Shown here piece after piece: positions 39,523-53,984 of a DNA stretch of 64,000 bases. The position numbers and the translations under genes were made by a program. This stretch comes from Eledone cirrhosa (Eukaryota). The notes beneath the pieces are model-generated. The model did not search any database. It had not been told where the DNA came from and worked only from the letters and a program-made list of their open reading frames with translations. The DNA lies in contig OZ024747.1 in NCBI GenBank assembly GCA_964016885.1, positions 13,578,001 through 13,642,000 of the forward strand, given 5' to 3'. Position 1 is the first letter of the stretch. Each line of letters starts with the position of its first letter.

Positions 39523-39750
39523 CATATATGTATATATATATATATGGATATATATGGATATATACATACATATATATTGTATATATATGGTTGTATACAT
39601 ACATATATGATTGTATGGATATTTATTTGTATATGCAGATAACATTTAAATTATATTTTGAAAGATTATTCAAAACTAAATTACCTACTCATATATTATG
39701 TGTGTATATGTGTATGTGTATATAAAGTTTATTAGTAATAATATATTAGT

Positions 39751-39838
<88 letters not shown>

Positions 39839-39975
39839 TCATCATATGGTCATATACTGATACATTCAAACACAATTGTGCATCCATATTTATTCAAACA
39901 TTTGTTTGTATATTTACACAAACTCAGCATATACATACATGCATACACACACACACACATATATATACGCACACA

Positions 39976-40023
<48 letters not shown>

Positions 40024-41356
40024 TATATATATACACACACACATATATATATATATATATATGTATATTATATTAAATATGGGTTTATATACACTTGTAT
40101 TATATATATTACAATACCTCAGCTTGTCTTTGATGTGACTTTCTGTTTTATCTCTATACACACATCAATGTATAGCTCATCGAAAGTTTTGTATGCCCAC
40201 CATTTTATCCAGCTACTCTTCAAATAATTGCACAAGTTTATGATCAGTTCCTGGGTATTTAGACCTCTAGGCAGCTGCCTAGTAGTCCTAATGGTGTGTT
40301 TTCACTTCACCTATGTTATCCCTAATTATCATGGACCTATATCCTGCATAAAACAGTCTAAATCTGTAATATGCAGTCTGTTTATCAACTTTATTACCTC
40401 GTGTTGTGGTTTAATCTCAACTCGGCTCTCACTAAACAAACCTAGGATTAACTATTAACATCTTGTATTGGTTTAGCAGAAAATATTTTAAAATAGGTTT
40501 GTTAAATCAAATATTTATACTGCTTTCACGAGAATATATTGTGAAAATTTGCTGTGTTAGAATAAAAGCTTTACAGTTTTTAACGTGATGCAGTAATAGT
40601 ACTGTTTTATATTTTACCAGAATGTCTTGCTAATGTGGAGTTAGGTTTTAGTATAGTACACCATTCTAGATGGCAACCAGTCTGTTATTTTTTTTAATGG
40701 TGGAAGGGGTAATGTATAATTTATCTAGGACTACATTATCCAATGTGTTCTTCAATTTTTAAGATAGTAGGGTATCTTTTGAAGGATATTTGGCAGCTAT
40801 TTCTAACCACTCATGTGACCATGTAGCTGTTACCTCATTTGCTTATCAAGGAAGAGTTGACTATACAACTAACTAACTATAAACATTCATTGACTCTTTT
40901 ATTACCATATTCCTAATGAAAGACATTACCAATGATTTTTCAAATAATTTTGAAAATAATTAAAGCTTTTAAGATATTTAGTAATACAACTAACTTTCTC
41001 ATTATTAATTTGGTATTTGGAGCTTATCCTAACAAAAGTTCTCATATAAAATTATGATGGAAGGTTTTTCAATAAATATAAACACTTTGAACTAAAGTCA
41101 TATATTGTCGAACCAATGGTTTGTTATGAAAAGGGTTAAGGAACTAATCATTGAATAAGCTGCTACCAGATTTCAACAAAGTGTGCATATTGGCTAATCA
41201 GCAATATGGACAAATGCTTTCCATCATATGTGATGTATTACATTGAATACACAAGTGCAGCAATATCTATGTTAACAGTAATATTTGTCGACTGCATATT
41301 TTCATCAAAGAACATTTATATATAAATCCTTTGCTACTGCCAGTCAATATATATAT

Positions 41357-41473
<117 letters not shown>

Positions 41474-41660
41474 TTATCATCATCATCATCATCATTTTAC
41501 GCCTGCTTTTCCCTGCTTGCAAGGATATATATAATATATATATTGACATGTATGTATGTATGTATGTATGTATGTATATATATTTGTATATGTATGTATA
41601 TATGTATATGTATATATGCATATATATATGCATATGTATGTATATATGTACATGAATGTA

Positions 41661-41725
<65 letters not shown>

Positions 41726-41810
41726 ATATCTATGTATACATATATATATATGTATGTATATTTATGTATATATGTATATATATGTGTAAACACACACACA
41801 CACACACACA

Positions 41811-41852
<42 letters not shown>

Positions 41853-42209
41853 TATATATATGAATGGATAAAGTGTTTAACAAGGAAGAGCCACAGTTAT
41901 GATCAAAGCTACTAACAGAGAAACAAAAAAATGACAGCAAAGGGAGAAGTAAAGGGTCGGAGCTTCCTGAAACGTGTTATATCCCAGATTAACAATTGGT
42001 TCTACTGTCAGTAGGATGACTCTCATTGGTTGGTTTGAACTTGTTATTGTACATGTCATATTGCTATTTTTATCTGTTGTTTTTCTTATTATATTACATC
42101 TCATTTTCTTGTGTGATATCCATGATTAGGGCCTTTTGCAGCCAAAATATCAAATAACATTTCTTTTATTCTTTTATCGAAATTGCTTTTGACTATAATA
42201 GAGCTTATA

Positions 42210-44580
42210 ATGTGTGATGTGTGTTGTGTGTGTTGTGAGTTGTGTGTTGTGTGTGTTGTGTGTTGTGTGTGTTGTGTTGTGTGTTGTGTGTTGTGTGTTG
42301 TGTGTGTTGTGTGTTGTGTGTTGTGTGTGTGTTGTGTGTTGTGTGTTGTGTGTTGTGTGTGTTGTGTGTTGTGTGTTGTGTGTGTTGTGTTGTGTGTTGT
42401 GTGTTGTGTGTTGTGTGTTGTGTGTTGTGTGTGTTGTGTGTTGTGTGTTGTGTGTGTGTTGTGTGTTGTGTGTGTTGTGTGTTGTGTATTGTGTGTTGTG
42501 TGTTGTGTGTTGTGTGTTGTGTGTGTGTGTGTTGTGTGTGTTGTGTGTTGTGTGTGTTGTGTGTTGTGTGTTGTGTGTGTGTGTTGTGTGTGTTGTGTGT
42601 GTGTCTGTGTGCCTGTCTGTGTGTATCTGGGTATATCTGTGTACCTGTCAATGTCTGAGTGTATCGGTGTGTCTGTGTGTCTGTGTGCACATGTGTGCTT
42701 GTGTATATTTGTGTGCCTGTCTTTATGTGTGCATGTGTATGTGTGTCTGTGTGTATCTGTGTGTCTGTGTGTGTCTCTGTGTCTGTGTCTGTGTGTATCT
42801 GTGTGTCTGTGTCTGTGTGTATCTGTGTGTCTGTGCCTGTGTGTATCTGTGTGCGCATGTGTACCTGTGGTGTGTATATGTGCATGTGTGCCTAGGTGTA
42901 TATATATAGGTGTATCTATACGCCTGTCTGTGCCTGTGTATATGTGTTCCTGTCTGTATATGTGTGCCTGTATGTGCCTGTGTATGTGTATATTTGTGCC
43001 TGTATGTGCCTGTATATCTGTGTGCCTGTCTGTGTGTGTGTCTATCTGTGTATGTGTATATGTGTGTGTCTATCTGTGTATGTGTATATGTGTGTGTGTC
43101 TATCTGTGTATGTGTATATGTGTGTGTCTATCTGTGTATGTGTATATGTGTGTGTCTATCTGTGCCTGTGTATCTGTGTGTCTATCTGTGTATGTGTATA
43201 TGTGTGTGCCTATCTGTACACATGTGTGTGTCTATCTGTGCCTGTGTATATGTGTGGGTCTATCTGTGCCTGTGTATATGTGTGTGTCTATCTGTGCCTG
43301 TGTATATGTGTGTCTATCTGTGTATGTGTATATGTGTGTGTCTATCTGTGCCTGTGTATCTGTGTGTCTATCTGTGTATGTGCCTGTCTGTGTATGTGTC
43401 TATCTGTGCCTGTGTATCTGTGTGTCTATCTGTGTATGTGCCTGTCTGTGTATGTGTCTATCTGTGCCTGTGTATCTGTGTGTCTATCTGTGTGTCTATC
43501 TGTGCCTGTGTATCTGTGTGTCTATCTGTGTGTCTATCTGTGCCTGTGTATATGTGTGGGTCTATCTGTGCCTGTGTATATGTGTGTGTCTATCTGTGCC
43601 TGTGTATCTGTGTGTCTATCTGTGTATGTGCCTGTCTGTGTATGTGTCTATCTGTGCCTGTGTATCTGTGTGTCTATCTGTGTATGTGCCTGTCTGTGTA
43701 TGTGTCTATCTGTGCCTGTGTATCTGTGTGTCTATCTGTGTGTCTATCTGTGCCTGTGTATATGTGTGGGTCTATCTGTGCCTGTGTATATGTGTGTGTC
43801 TATCTGTGCCTGTGTATATGTGTGTGTCTATCTGTGCCTGTGTATATGTGTGTCTATCTGTGTGTCTATCTGTGTATGTGTATATGTGTGTGTCTATCTG
43901 TGCCTGTGTATCTGTGTGTCTATCTGTGTATGTGTATATGTGTGTGCCTATCTGTACACATGTGTGTGTCTATCTGTGCCTGTGTATATGTGTGGGTCTA
44001 TCTGTGCCTGTGTATATGTGTGTGTCTATCTGTGCCTGTGTATATGTGTGTGTCTATCTGTGCCTGTGTATATGTGTGTCTATCTGTGTGTCTATCTGTG
44101 TATGTGTATGTGTGTGTGTCTATCTGTGCCTGTGTATCTGTGTGTCTATCTGTGTATGTGTATATGTGTGTGTCTATCTGTGTGTCTATCTGTGTATGTG
44201 TATATGTGTGTGTCTATCTGTGCCTGTGTATCTGTGTGTCTATCTGTGTATGTGTATATGTGTGTGTCTATCTGTGTATGTGTATCTGTGTGTCTTTCTG
44301 TGTGTGTGTCTATCTGTGCCTGTGTATATGTGTGTCTATCTGTGTATGTGTATCTGTGTGTCTATCTATGTATGTGTATATCTGTGTGTCTATCTGTGCC
44401 TGTGTATCTGTGTGTCTATCTGTGCCTGTGTATCTGTGTGTCTATCTGTGTATGTGTATATGTGTGTGTCTATCTGTGCCTGTGTATATGTGTGTGTCTA
44501 TCTGTGCCTGTGTATCTGTGTGTCTATCTGTGTATGTGTATATGTGTGTGCCTATCTGTGCACACATGTGTGTGTGTCTA
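42210..44580. repeat. Complex GT-rich satellite (gtgtt tract, then tctatctgtgcctgtgtata variants)
   Basis: Directly visible; generates the Cys/Val-rich pseudo-ORFs. Confidence 0.92.
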
Positions 44581-44905
44581 GGTATGTATATGAGTGTGAA
44601 TTACAATCTTACATCTCATTTTTTTTTTCACACTAGCAGAGATGAAATTGATTTTTGTGAATTTGTCCATTTGCAAATAGCGTTGGATATGACTGTGATA
44701 TTAGTGAAGCAGAGTTATTATGGCTTTTATTGAAGCCAGTAGTGTGGCTATTCTACTCTCAGGGCGCATCACAATAACACACACTACTAAGGTTTCCATA
44801 CATAATCATCTACTCAGCAGTTTTCACCTTAACCTCGCATATCCATTTCAGCAGCATCATCATCACTATCATCATCATCATCATCACCATCATCATCATC
44901 ACCAC

Positions 44906-44938
<33 letters not shown>

Positions 44939-45869
44939 TGTCATCATAATCGCGGCCGTCGTCATCATCATCATCATCGACATCATCGTAATTGTCATCA
45001 CTATCATCATCACCACCATCATTACCACCTCTACCATCACAACCAACACCTCTACCATCACCACCACCACCACCACCACCACCACCTCTACTGTCACAAC
45101 CACCATCTATGAGATTTAGATATTATTTATTTTGAAAAACAATACCCTAAATCAGTATGAGCAGCTGGTTACAACCAGTTTGAACCGAAAAAGGTGAGAG
45201 AATTCTGGCCGGATACGGCTGGTTTAAATGCTAAAGGGTTAATTGACTTTCCCCCTCTCCAAAATTGTTGGCCTTGTTCCTAAATCAGAAACCATTACTA
45301 TTGACTTAAGGCCAACCAGGTAAAATCAAGAAATTTCAAATCTAATTCAATAACACAGCTTAACCCTTTCATTACCATATTTCTAATAAAAGACTCTGCT
45401 TATAATTTTCAATTAATTTTGAAACTAATCAAGAATTTGTAGAGATTTAGTAATATAACTAATTGAATCATTTTACATTTTAAACTGGTGTTGGAACATA
45501 ACTTAACAAAGATTCTTCCATAAAGCTGTAATGGAAAGCTTAAGCTGTAATGTGAACACTTTAAAGTAAATGGCTTCATGTCATAAAATTAAAGAGATGG
45601 TTTCAAGAGATTTGGTATAAGAGTTAAACGTGAAAACCATTTTGCCAAGGGCAGTTTGGTTTCAAAATCACATTGCCTAAAAGTTGATTGAATAAAGCAT
45701 GCCACCTTCTGATGTTTAATTAGATCTCTTACTAACGAATCAATGGAATCAAAAAGAATTGTTTGTCCCAGCCATAGCCTTATTCCAATTGGTAAAAATG
45801 TTAAATTATTTCATTCTTCTTCTTCTTCTTCTTCTTCTTCTTCTTCTTCTTCTGTTGCTGCTGCTACTC

Positions 45870-47375
45870 CATCACTACCTCCATCACCACAACATCACCA
45901 CCACCACCACAACAGCACAACCATCACCACAAACACTACACCACCATCATCACCACCACCACAACACCACCACCATCACCACAAACACTACACCACGATC
46001 ATCACCACCAACACAACACCACCACCATCACCACCAACACTACACCACCACCACCACAACGCCACCACCATCACCACCAACACAACTACAGCACCATCAC
46101 CACAACACCACCAACCCCAACAACACAACACCACCACCATCACCACCAACACTACAGCACCATCACCACAATACCACCATTATCACCACTACACCACCAC
46201 CATCACCACCACTACAACACCACCACCATCACCATCATCATCGCCACCACCACCACCACTACACCACCACGATCACCACCACTACAACACCACCACCATC
46301 ACCACCACCACCACCACCACCATCACCTCCACTACAACACCTCCACCTCCACCAACACCAACACCAACACTACACTACCACCATCAACTCTACGCTACCA
46401 CAACACCACCAACACCAACACTACACCACCAACACTGCACCACCACTACAATAGCACCACCACCACCACTACAACACCACCACCCACCACCAACACCAAC
46501 ACTATACCACCAACACTGCACCACCACCAACACCAACACTACACCACCAACACTGCACCACCACTACACCACCAACACAGCACCACCACTATAACAGCAC
46601 CACCACCACTACAACACCACCACCAACACCAACACTACACCACCAACACTGCACCACCACCAACACCAACACTACACCACCAACACTGCACCACCACTAT
46701 AACACCACCGCCACCACCACCACTACAACACCACCACCACTACAACACCACCACCAACACCACCACCACCAACACCACCACCAACACCACCACTACACCA
46801 CCAACACTGCACCACCACCACTACACCACCGCCACCACTACAACACCACCACCAACACTACACCACCACCAACACCAACACTACACCACCAACACTGCAC
46901 CACCACCAACACCAACACTACACCACCAACACCACCACCACCACTACAACACCACCACCAATACCACCACCAACACCAACACTACACCACCAACACTGCA
47001 CGACCACTACAACAGCACCACCAACACCACCACCAACACCAACACTACACCACCAACACTGCACCACCACTACAACAGCACCACCACCACCACTACAACA
47101 CCACCACCAACACCAACACTACACCACCAACGCCACCACCACTACAACACCACCACCAACACCACCACCAACACCAACACTACACCACCAACACTGCACC
47201 ACCACCACCACTACACCACCACCAACACCACCAACACCACTACAACACCACCACCAACACCACCACCAACACCAACACTACACCACCAACACTGCACCAC
47301 CACCACCACCACCACCACCACTACACCACCACCACCACCACCACTACAACACCACCACCAACACCACCACCACCA
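45870..47375. repeat. CAC/CAA/CTA-rich degenerate minisatellite
   Basis: Directly visible. Confidence 0.9.
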
Positions 47376-47510
47376 TAATCACACCATAAAGCCCAATTTA
47401 CAGCCAGCCTGTCACTTTACAGTAACCAAATCAATAACATAGATGACACTGGTGAATCAGAGAAGCTTATATACATTGTGAGGCCAATCAATGGTGAGGG
47501 ATAGCATAGG

Positions 47511-47619
<109 letters not shown>

Positions 47620-47661
47620 TGTGTGTGAGTGTGTGTGTGTGTGTATATATATGCACACATA

Positions 47662-47844
47662 TAATTGTTTCTACTTTAGGCACAAGGCCAGCAATTACCC
47701 AGTGCATTACTGGTACTTTATTTTATCGACCCCGTAAGGATGAAAGGCAAAGTCAACCTCGGCGGGATTTGAACTCAGATTGTAAAGGGACGTAACTATG
47801 CTGGAAAGCATGACGTCCGACCCTCTACCGATACTGCCAATCCG
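47662..47844 (-). mobile_element. SINE family A
   Basis: Family consensus; flanked by gcacacatat(at)aat duplication. Confidence 0.88.
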
Positions 47845-47990
47845 CACACATATAATAATGTATAATAATGTGTACAGTGCTCAGGTGCACTACAACTCAT
47901 CAAAAATAAATATATATATATATATATACACATATATATATATATACATATAAATATGTATATAAATATGTATATATACATATAAATATG

Positions 47991-48309
<319 letters not shown>

Positions 48310-48548
48310 ATATGTATATAAATATATATATGTAGGTAGAACGGTAAAAAGTTCCCAGTTCCACACTGTAAATGTGGTTGGTGTTAGGAAGGGCATCCAG
48401 CCATAGAAAACCTGCCAGATAGTCCTATATGAGCGAGACACGGTCACCCGACCAGCTTTGCCTCAAGTGGGACAACTCCCGTCTAACCCATGCTAGTGTG
48501 GAAAGTGGATGTTAAATGAGGATGATGATGATATATATATATATATGT

Positions 48549-48754
48549 ATAGGAAAAAGTATGACCCCGACGGCAGAGCTCAAGTCGTTTCGACGGCTAT
48601 TTCTGGACTATTTCTCAGTCCAGAAATAGCCGTCGAAACGGCTTGAGCTCTGCCGTCGGGGTCATACTTTTTCCTATTTTCCACTCTACTACCCTAAGTA
48701 TTGAGTACTCTGGTGCGTTATGGTTCATCTGGTTCCTTACCACAATTCTTTTGT

Positions 48755-48756
<2 letters not shown>
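48549..48756 (-). mobile_element. Family H element (long palindrome)
   Basis: Centre gacggctatttctggact-atttctc-agtccagaaatagccgtc. Confidence 0.82.
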
Positions 48757-48785
<29 letters not shown>

Positions 48786-48971
48786 ATATTGTTATACTTT
48801 GGGAGGGTCATGTTGCCAATAAGAAACACACGCACCAGTTGCTTTCACTTCAATTTATTATATATTTATAAATTTATAAATTTACAAATCTACAAATTTA
48901 TAAATTTCTGGTTGGTTGGTTGGTTCCACAACCAGATAGTTGTTTATATATAGTCATAGTCCTTTTGTCAC

Positions 48972-49129
48972 ACACTCTGTGACCTCTTCAGTGACTGGGG
49001 ATTCCTTTCTTTGTTTCTGTGCCTTTCCTTTCTTCTGTCCTATGCCATTTTGTTTGCGTAGGACAGAAGAAAGGAAAGGCACAGAAACAAAGAAAGGAAT
49101 CCCCAGTCACTGAAGAGGTCACAGAGTGT
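48972..49129. repeat. Inverted repeat, ~74-bp arms with 10-nt loop
   Basis: acactctgtgacctcttcag...gtcctatgc / gcgtaggac...ctgaagaggtcacagagtgt. Confidence 0.93.
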
Positions 49130-49270
49130 TTCTGAAGACGGCATATATATGTGTTTGGTATGTATATTTAATTTTGATAGTTTGTATAATTTTGTATAAT
49201 TTTGTACATAGATCTGTTGAATATGCATGCCAATTCTAACACATATATATCCTAGAAACGATCGTTAAAT
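49128..49270 (+). ncRNA. Hammerhead motif with ~115-nt extended stem II (family E)
   Basis: gttt CTGAAGA(49132-49138) [long hairpin] GAAA(49255-49258) cgatcg TT aaat. Confidence 0.6.
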
Positions 49271-49470
49271 AATGAACTTTTTTTGTTTAATATAAGGAAC
49301 TGTTTCATTGTTTTATTCATTATTTTTTTAATATTTTATCTTGACTCTGTATTCCGTTTATCTTTCACCGAAAGTGATTTTTCATTGCATCTCTTCTTTC
49401 CATGATATCCGGATTACATTGAGTTCTTCATACGGATTGGACACTACCGTAAACTCTTGGTAGATTTATC

Positions 49471-49517
<47 letters not shown>

Positions 49518-49836
49518 ATACTTGGGGAGGGTCATATTTGCGTAATATTGCCAGAATTAATAACAGAACACACTCACTGTTTGGTTGGTTTTTGCTTCTC
49601 GCTGTCTTTTATATCTGCGATCTAACTTAAATGTATAGATATATATGTATAGATATATATATTATATATAATATAAATACATATCCATATATATATATAT
49701 ATATATATACACATACATATATATATAAATATAAATACATATATATATATATATTATATATATAATATATATATTATACATATAATATACATATATATAT
49801 ATATATAATATACATATAATATATATATATATATAT

Positions 49837-49877
<41 letters not shown>

Positions 49878-50251
49878 TCTCTCCCACTTTATCTCTCCTC
49901 TACTATAATAAACCAACAATAAATACAAATTATAGTTCAAACCCCGTCCTTGGATAAAGATAGTTTATAAATAGTTTACATGGAAGTTGCTACTATGGCT
50001 GGCTGGCTACTTATAGAGATTTAGTGATAGTTTAGAGTCTAGTTTGTTGTTACTAGTCACTAGCTAAGATTTACAGATACAGTTTATGTTGTAGTTCCTT
50101 GAAATAAGCTATATACTAATGGCTTACTCGTAATTTGTGGTATAAGCTACTATATTGGTAAGAATAAAGAGTTAGTCTAAGTTTGCAGGCTGCAAAATTT
50201 AGTTTACCAATATTTATGGTATAAGGTACTATATTGGTAAGGACAAGCCTC

Positions 50252-50700
50252 CAGTGCCCACTGTAAAGTGGTTGTGATGGTGAGATGACAAAAAGCGCCC
50301 AGCCCACACTGTAAAGTGGTTGTGATAGTGTCATGACAAAAAGCATCCATTCCACACTGTAAAGTGGTCATGTAGGTGTCATGACAAAAAGCACCCAGTC
50401 CACACTGTAAAGTGGTCGCTTAGGTATCATGACAAAAAACGCCCAGCCCACACTGTAAAGTGGTCGCGTAGGTGTCACGACAAAGAACACCCAGTCCACA
50501 CTGTAAAGTGGTCGCGTAGGTATCACGACAAAGAACATCCAGTTCACACTGTAAAGTGGTCGCGTAGGTGTCACGACAAAGAACAGCCAGTCCACACTGT
50601 AAAGTGGTCATGTAGGTATCATGACAAAAAACACCCAGTCCAGACTGTAAAGTGGTCATGTAGGCATCATGACAAAAAGCACCTAGGACTCACTGTAAAT
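50252..50700 (+). repeat. 48-bp tandem array (~10 units) at the head of an RTE-tail element ending ~50862
   Basis: ctgtaaa recurs at 50261, 50309, 50357, 50405, 50453, 50501, 50549, 50597, 50645 and 50693. The unit matches the RTE-2 3' UTR repeat. Confidence 0.9.
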
Positions 50701-50984
50701 GAGGTTGGCATTAGGAAAGCATCCAGCTGTAGAAACAAAGCCAGAATCAGTTCTGTATGAGGAAGACATGGTCACCTGATCTGGCATTGCTCACATCAGG
50801 ACAACTTGTCTAACCCATGCTAGCATGAAAAAATGAATGTTAAACAGTGATGATGATGATGAAAGAATTAGTCTTAGTTTTTCCTACTACAGGCAGAAAA
50901 TATAGTTTACCAATATTGGTAAGGATTAAGAGGGTTAGTATTAGTCTTTCATACTGCAGGCTGAAAATCTAGTTTACCAATATA

Positions 50985-51200
50985 ATTATGGTTTCTTATA
51001 TAGGCACCACAATGCCAGCAATTTTGGGGGAGGGGAAAGTCGATTAAATCGATCCCAGTGCATGACTGGTACTTTATTTCATAGACCCCGTAGGGATGAA
51101 AGGCAAAGTTAACCTCGGCAGGATTTGAACTCAGATCATAAAGGGCTGCAACTCTATGCTGCAAAGCATGGCGTCCGACCCTCTACTGATATTGCCAATC
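50985..51200 (-). mobile_element. SINE family A, long variant
   Basis: Carries the extra tcgatttaatcgactttcccctcccccaaa segment also seen at 58937-59155. Confidence 0.85.
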
Positions 51201-51379
51201 AACAATATAATAATGAAAATTATTGTGTACAGTCAAGGGCCTTGTTTCAGGAGGGTACCAGGGGACAAGTCCTCCCCCCCCCCCACACTTTTTCAAGCGT
51301 CTATAAGGCAAACGAGACCACTGGGTACACTGCTCGGGTGTACTACAACTCATCAAAGGTGCATGTATACTACATATAA

Positions 51380-51567
51380 TAATTGTTTCTACTTTAGGCA
51401 CAAGGCCATCAATTACCCAGTGCATTACTGGTACTTTATTTTATCGACCCTGGAAGGATGAAAGGCAAAGTCAACTTTGGCGGGATTTGAACTCAGATCG
51501 TTAAGGGACGTAACTATCCTGGAAAGCATGGCATCCGACCCTCTACCGATACTGCCAATCCACCGCC
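51380..51567 (-). mobile_element. SINE family A
   Basis: Family consensus. Confidence 0.88.
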
Positions 51568-51674
51568 TTACTGCCAATCCACTGCCTTTATATAATAATG
51601 TACAAATGTCAGGAAAGTGAACAGTGCGTGAGTCATGATATACACACAGACACACGCAACATGTGTGTGTATGG

Positions 51675-51782
51675 AGAAGGAATATCAGGTGTTGGCGAAT
51701 TTCGGGAAGCATGGAAGCTTTGAAGGATGCAGTGTCCCAACAGCTAATAACTGATGCAGGTAGTTTGTTTCATGCTTCAGTA
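51675..51782 (-). pseudogene. CR1-like LINE 3' fragment
   Basis: A*NKLPASVIS..DTASFKASM resembles the WN.LP..VV.....SFK motif. Confidence 0.55.
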
Positions 51783-52914
51783 TATTTGTGGTTTAAGGTA
51801 CTATATTAGTAAGGATGTAGAGGCACGTGGCCCCGTAGTAAGGGTGTTGGACTTATGATCATAATGTGGCTTTGATTCCTGAGTTGTGTGTTGTGTTCTT
51901 GAGCAAAACACTTCATTTCACGTTGCTCCTGTATACTCAGCTGAAAATGAGTACCAGCAATAGCTGGGGGGTTTAACCTTGTGATAGACTGGCGTCCTGT
52001 CCAGGAGGAGTCTTGTTCTCTCAGTCGCTTCACACCATGAAACTAGGATAAGCACGGGCCAAATGAGCCTTCTGACTTAAGACAGACTTTAGACTTATTT
52101 TTTTTTATTAGTAAGGACAAAGAGTTACTATTAGTCTTTTATACTGCAGACTGCAAAATGTATTTTACCAATAAACCACAGTGTTTCTGAAGTTTATTCC
52201 ATTCAGTTAGAGATACCACCCACCCCACGCCATATAGTGACTTTCTTGTTATTGTTGGCAGCTTGTCTTTTCGAAGTATGAAGTGATGTTTACGAGTGTG
52301 TTTGGCTATTCCTCTGTTTTAGCCTCTCTATCACCTGCGGTAATGCCATGAGTGTCATAGCATACCTCAAAAATATTTAAAAGGAAACACCAACATTTCT
52401 TGTGGCAGTATTTAATTGAGCATGCATGTCTTCCTTTTTTGTTTTTGTTGTTGTTGTTGTTGTTTTGTTTGTTGTTTTTTTGTGGGGAGAGGGGGTATTC
52501 TCTGATTAATTTTTATTGATTTGTTTCTTTTCTAAATCATATTCATAAATTCATAATATAAATTGTGTTTATATGTTTATAGTATAATCCTATCTAAGCT
52601 ATGCACTAAGATGTATGTGATAGTTTATAATGTAGCTCAGAGACAGATGATATGTATTTAGCCCCAGGCTAGTTATAATTGAGCAGCTCTATAATCTATG
52701 ATCAAATATATTTCAGCTATCACCAACCAATCATTTATTTCAGCAGTGTTTCTAAAACTACATTATTTAATAAGATGGACACAACATGGCTGAATGATAC
52801 AACCGTATCTGTATCAGTGAGCTTCTCAACATTACCAGACTTAGACCAATTACATCAATTGTCAAGTCAAGAGTACTTAAACTATATGGTCATATAAAAA
52901 GATCAACTCGTGGT

Positions 52915-53375
52915 GTGAGGTTATGCCTTGAAGGAAGGTTGGCTGGTAAGAGAAGCAGAGGTTGGCAGTCAAAATGATGGCTTGATAATGTCAACCTTTG
53001 GACTGAACTTTGCTCTTTGATCTTTGTTCTTTAAACTCTGCTGTTGGTGATGGAAAGGTATTATATATGCCTGGATTGGTGGTGGATTGGCAATCTCGGT
53101 AGAGAGTTGGACGCCATGCTATGCAGTTTAGAGTTACGTCCCTTTGCAGTCTGAGTTCAAATCCCGTCGAGGTTAACTTTGCCTTTCATCGTTACAGGGT
53201 AGATAAAATAAAGTACCAGTAATGTACTGTGCCAAATGTAGAAATAATTATATATGCCTTGAAGGAAGGTTGGCTGGTAAGAGAAGCAGAGACCAGCAGC
53301 CAAAACGATGGCTTGACAATGTCAACCTATGAACTGGACTTGATCTTTGCTCTTTAAACTCTGCTGTTGGTGATT
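52915..53375 (+). mobile_element. Duplicated RTE-like C-terminal fragment interrupted by SINE A (53073-53250, TSD attatatatgcct)
   Basis: LEGRLAGKRSRG...WLDNVNLW occurs twice (~52923-53051 and ~53253-53373). Confidence 0.6.
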
Positions 53376-53696
53376 AAACTTTGTGGAGAAAAATATCTCA
53401 TGTTGATGCGCAGTCTGCAACTGGTGGAGTTTAGCATCAAAGAAGAAAGTACTGAAAAATAGAAAAAAAAAAAAACTTATGGCTTTCACCTATACAGGTT
53501 TACCTGGCCTTTTATGAGGTTGAATTTCATAAACAGCTTCTTGGGTATCTTAATGGTAGGGACCTCAGTCCTATCAGAAAAACAATGTGAACTGAAGTAT
53601 CTTTCCCCCAAAACAGAACACACTACTGCCTGAACCCTGGAATTAAATCCACAACTTTATGATTGTAAGTCCAATATCCTAACCACTAGACCATGG

Positions 53697-53807
53697 TCTA
53701 CAGATACTGGAGTCAATATAATCCTCTACAGATACTGGAGTCAATATAATCCTCTACAGATACTGGAGTCAATATAATCCTCTACAGATACTGGAGTCAA
53801 TATAATC
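53697..53807. repeat. 28-bp tandem repeat x4 (tctacagatactggagtcaatataatcc)
   Basis: Directly visible. Confidence 0.92.
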
Positions 53808-53984
53808 AACTTTCTCTACCCACAAACCACTATCCTCTTGCCTAAATTAGAAACCATTATTATTTGGGAGTTAAAAAATTTGGATGTGTCAAAAAGTGCA
53901 TTTCATTATTATCATGTTTATATAGGAATATTCTCAGTACAGCTATTGAGTCACAATAATAGGTTTTAGAGTAGCAGAATTGAT

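Noticed and set aside
40150-40460. Possible decayed GIY-YIG end (PRGLN) on the minus strand
   Set aside because: Only one short motif amid stops; insufficient support.
42183-44733. Cys/Val-rich 560-820-aa ORFs (metallothionein- or keratin-associated-like)
   Set aside because: GT-satellite artefact, open in several frames.
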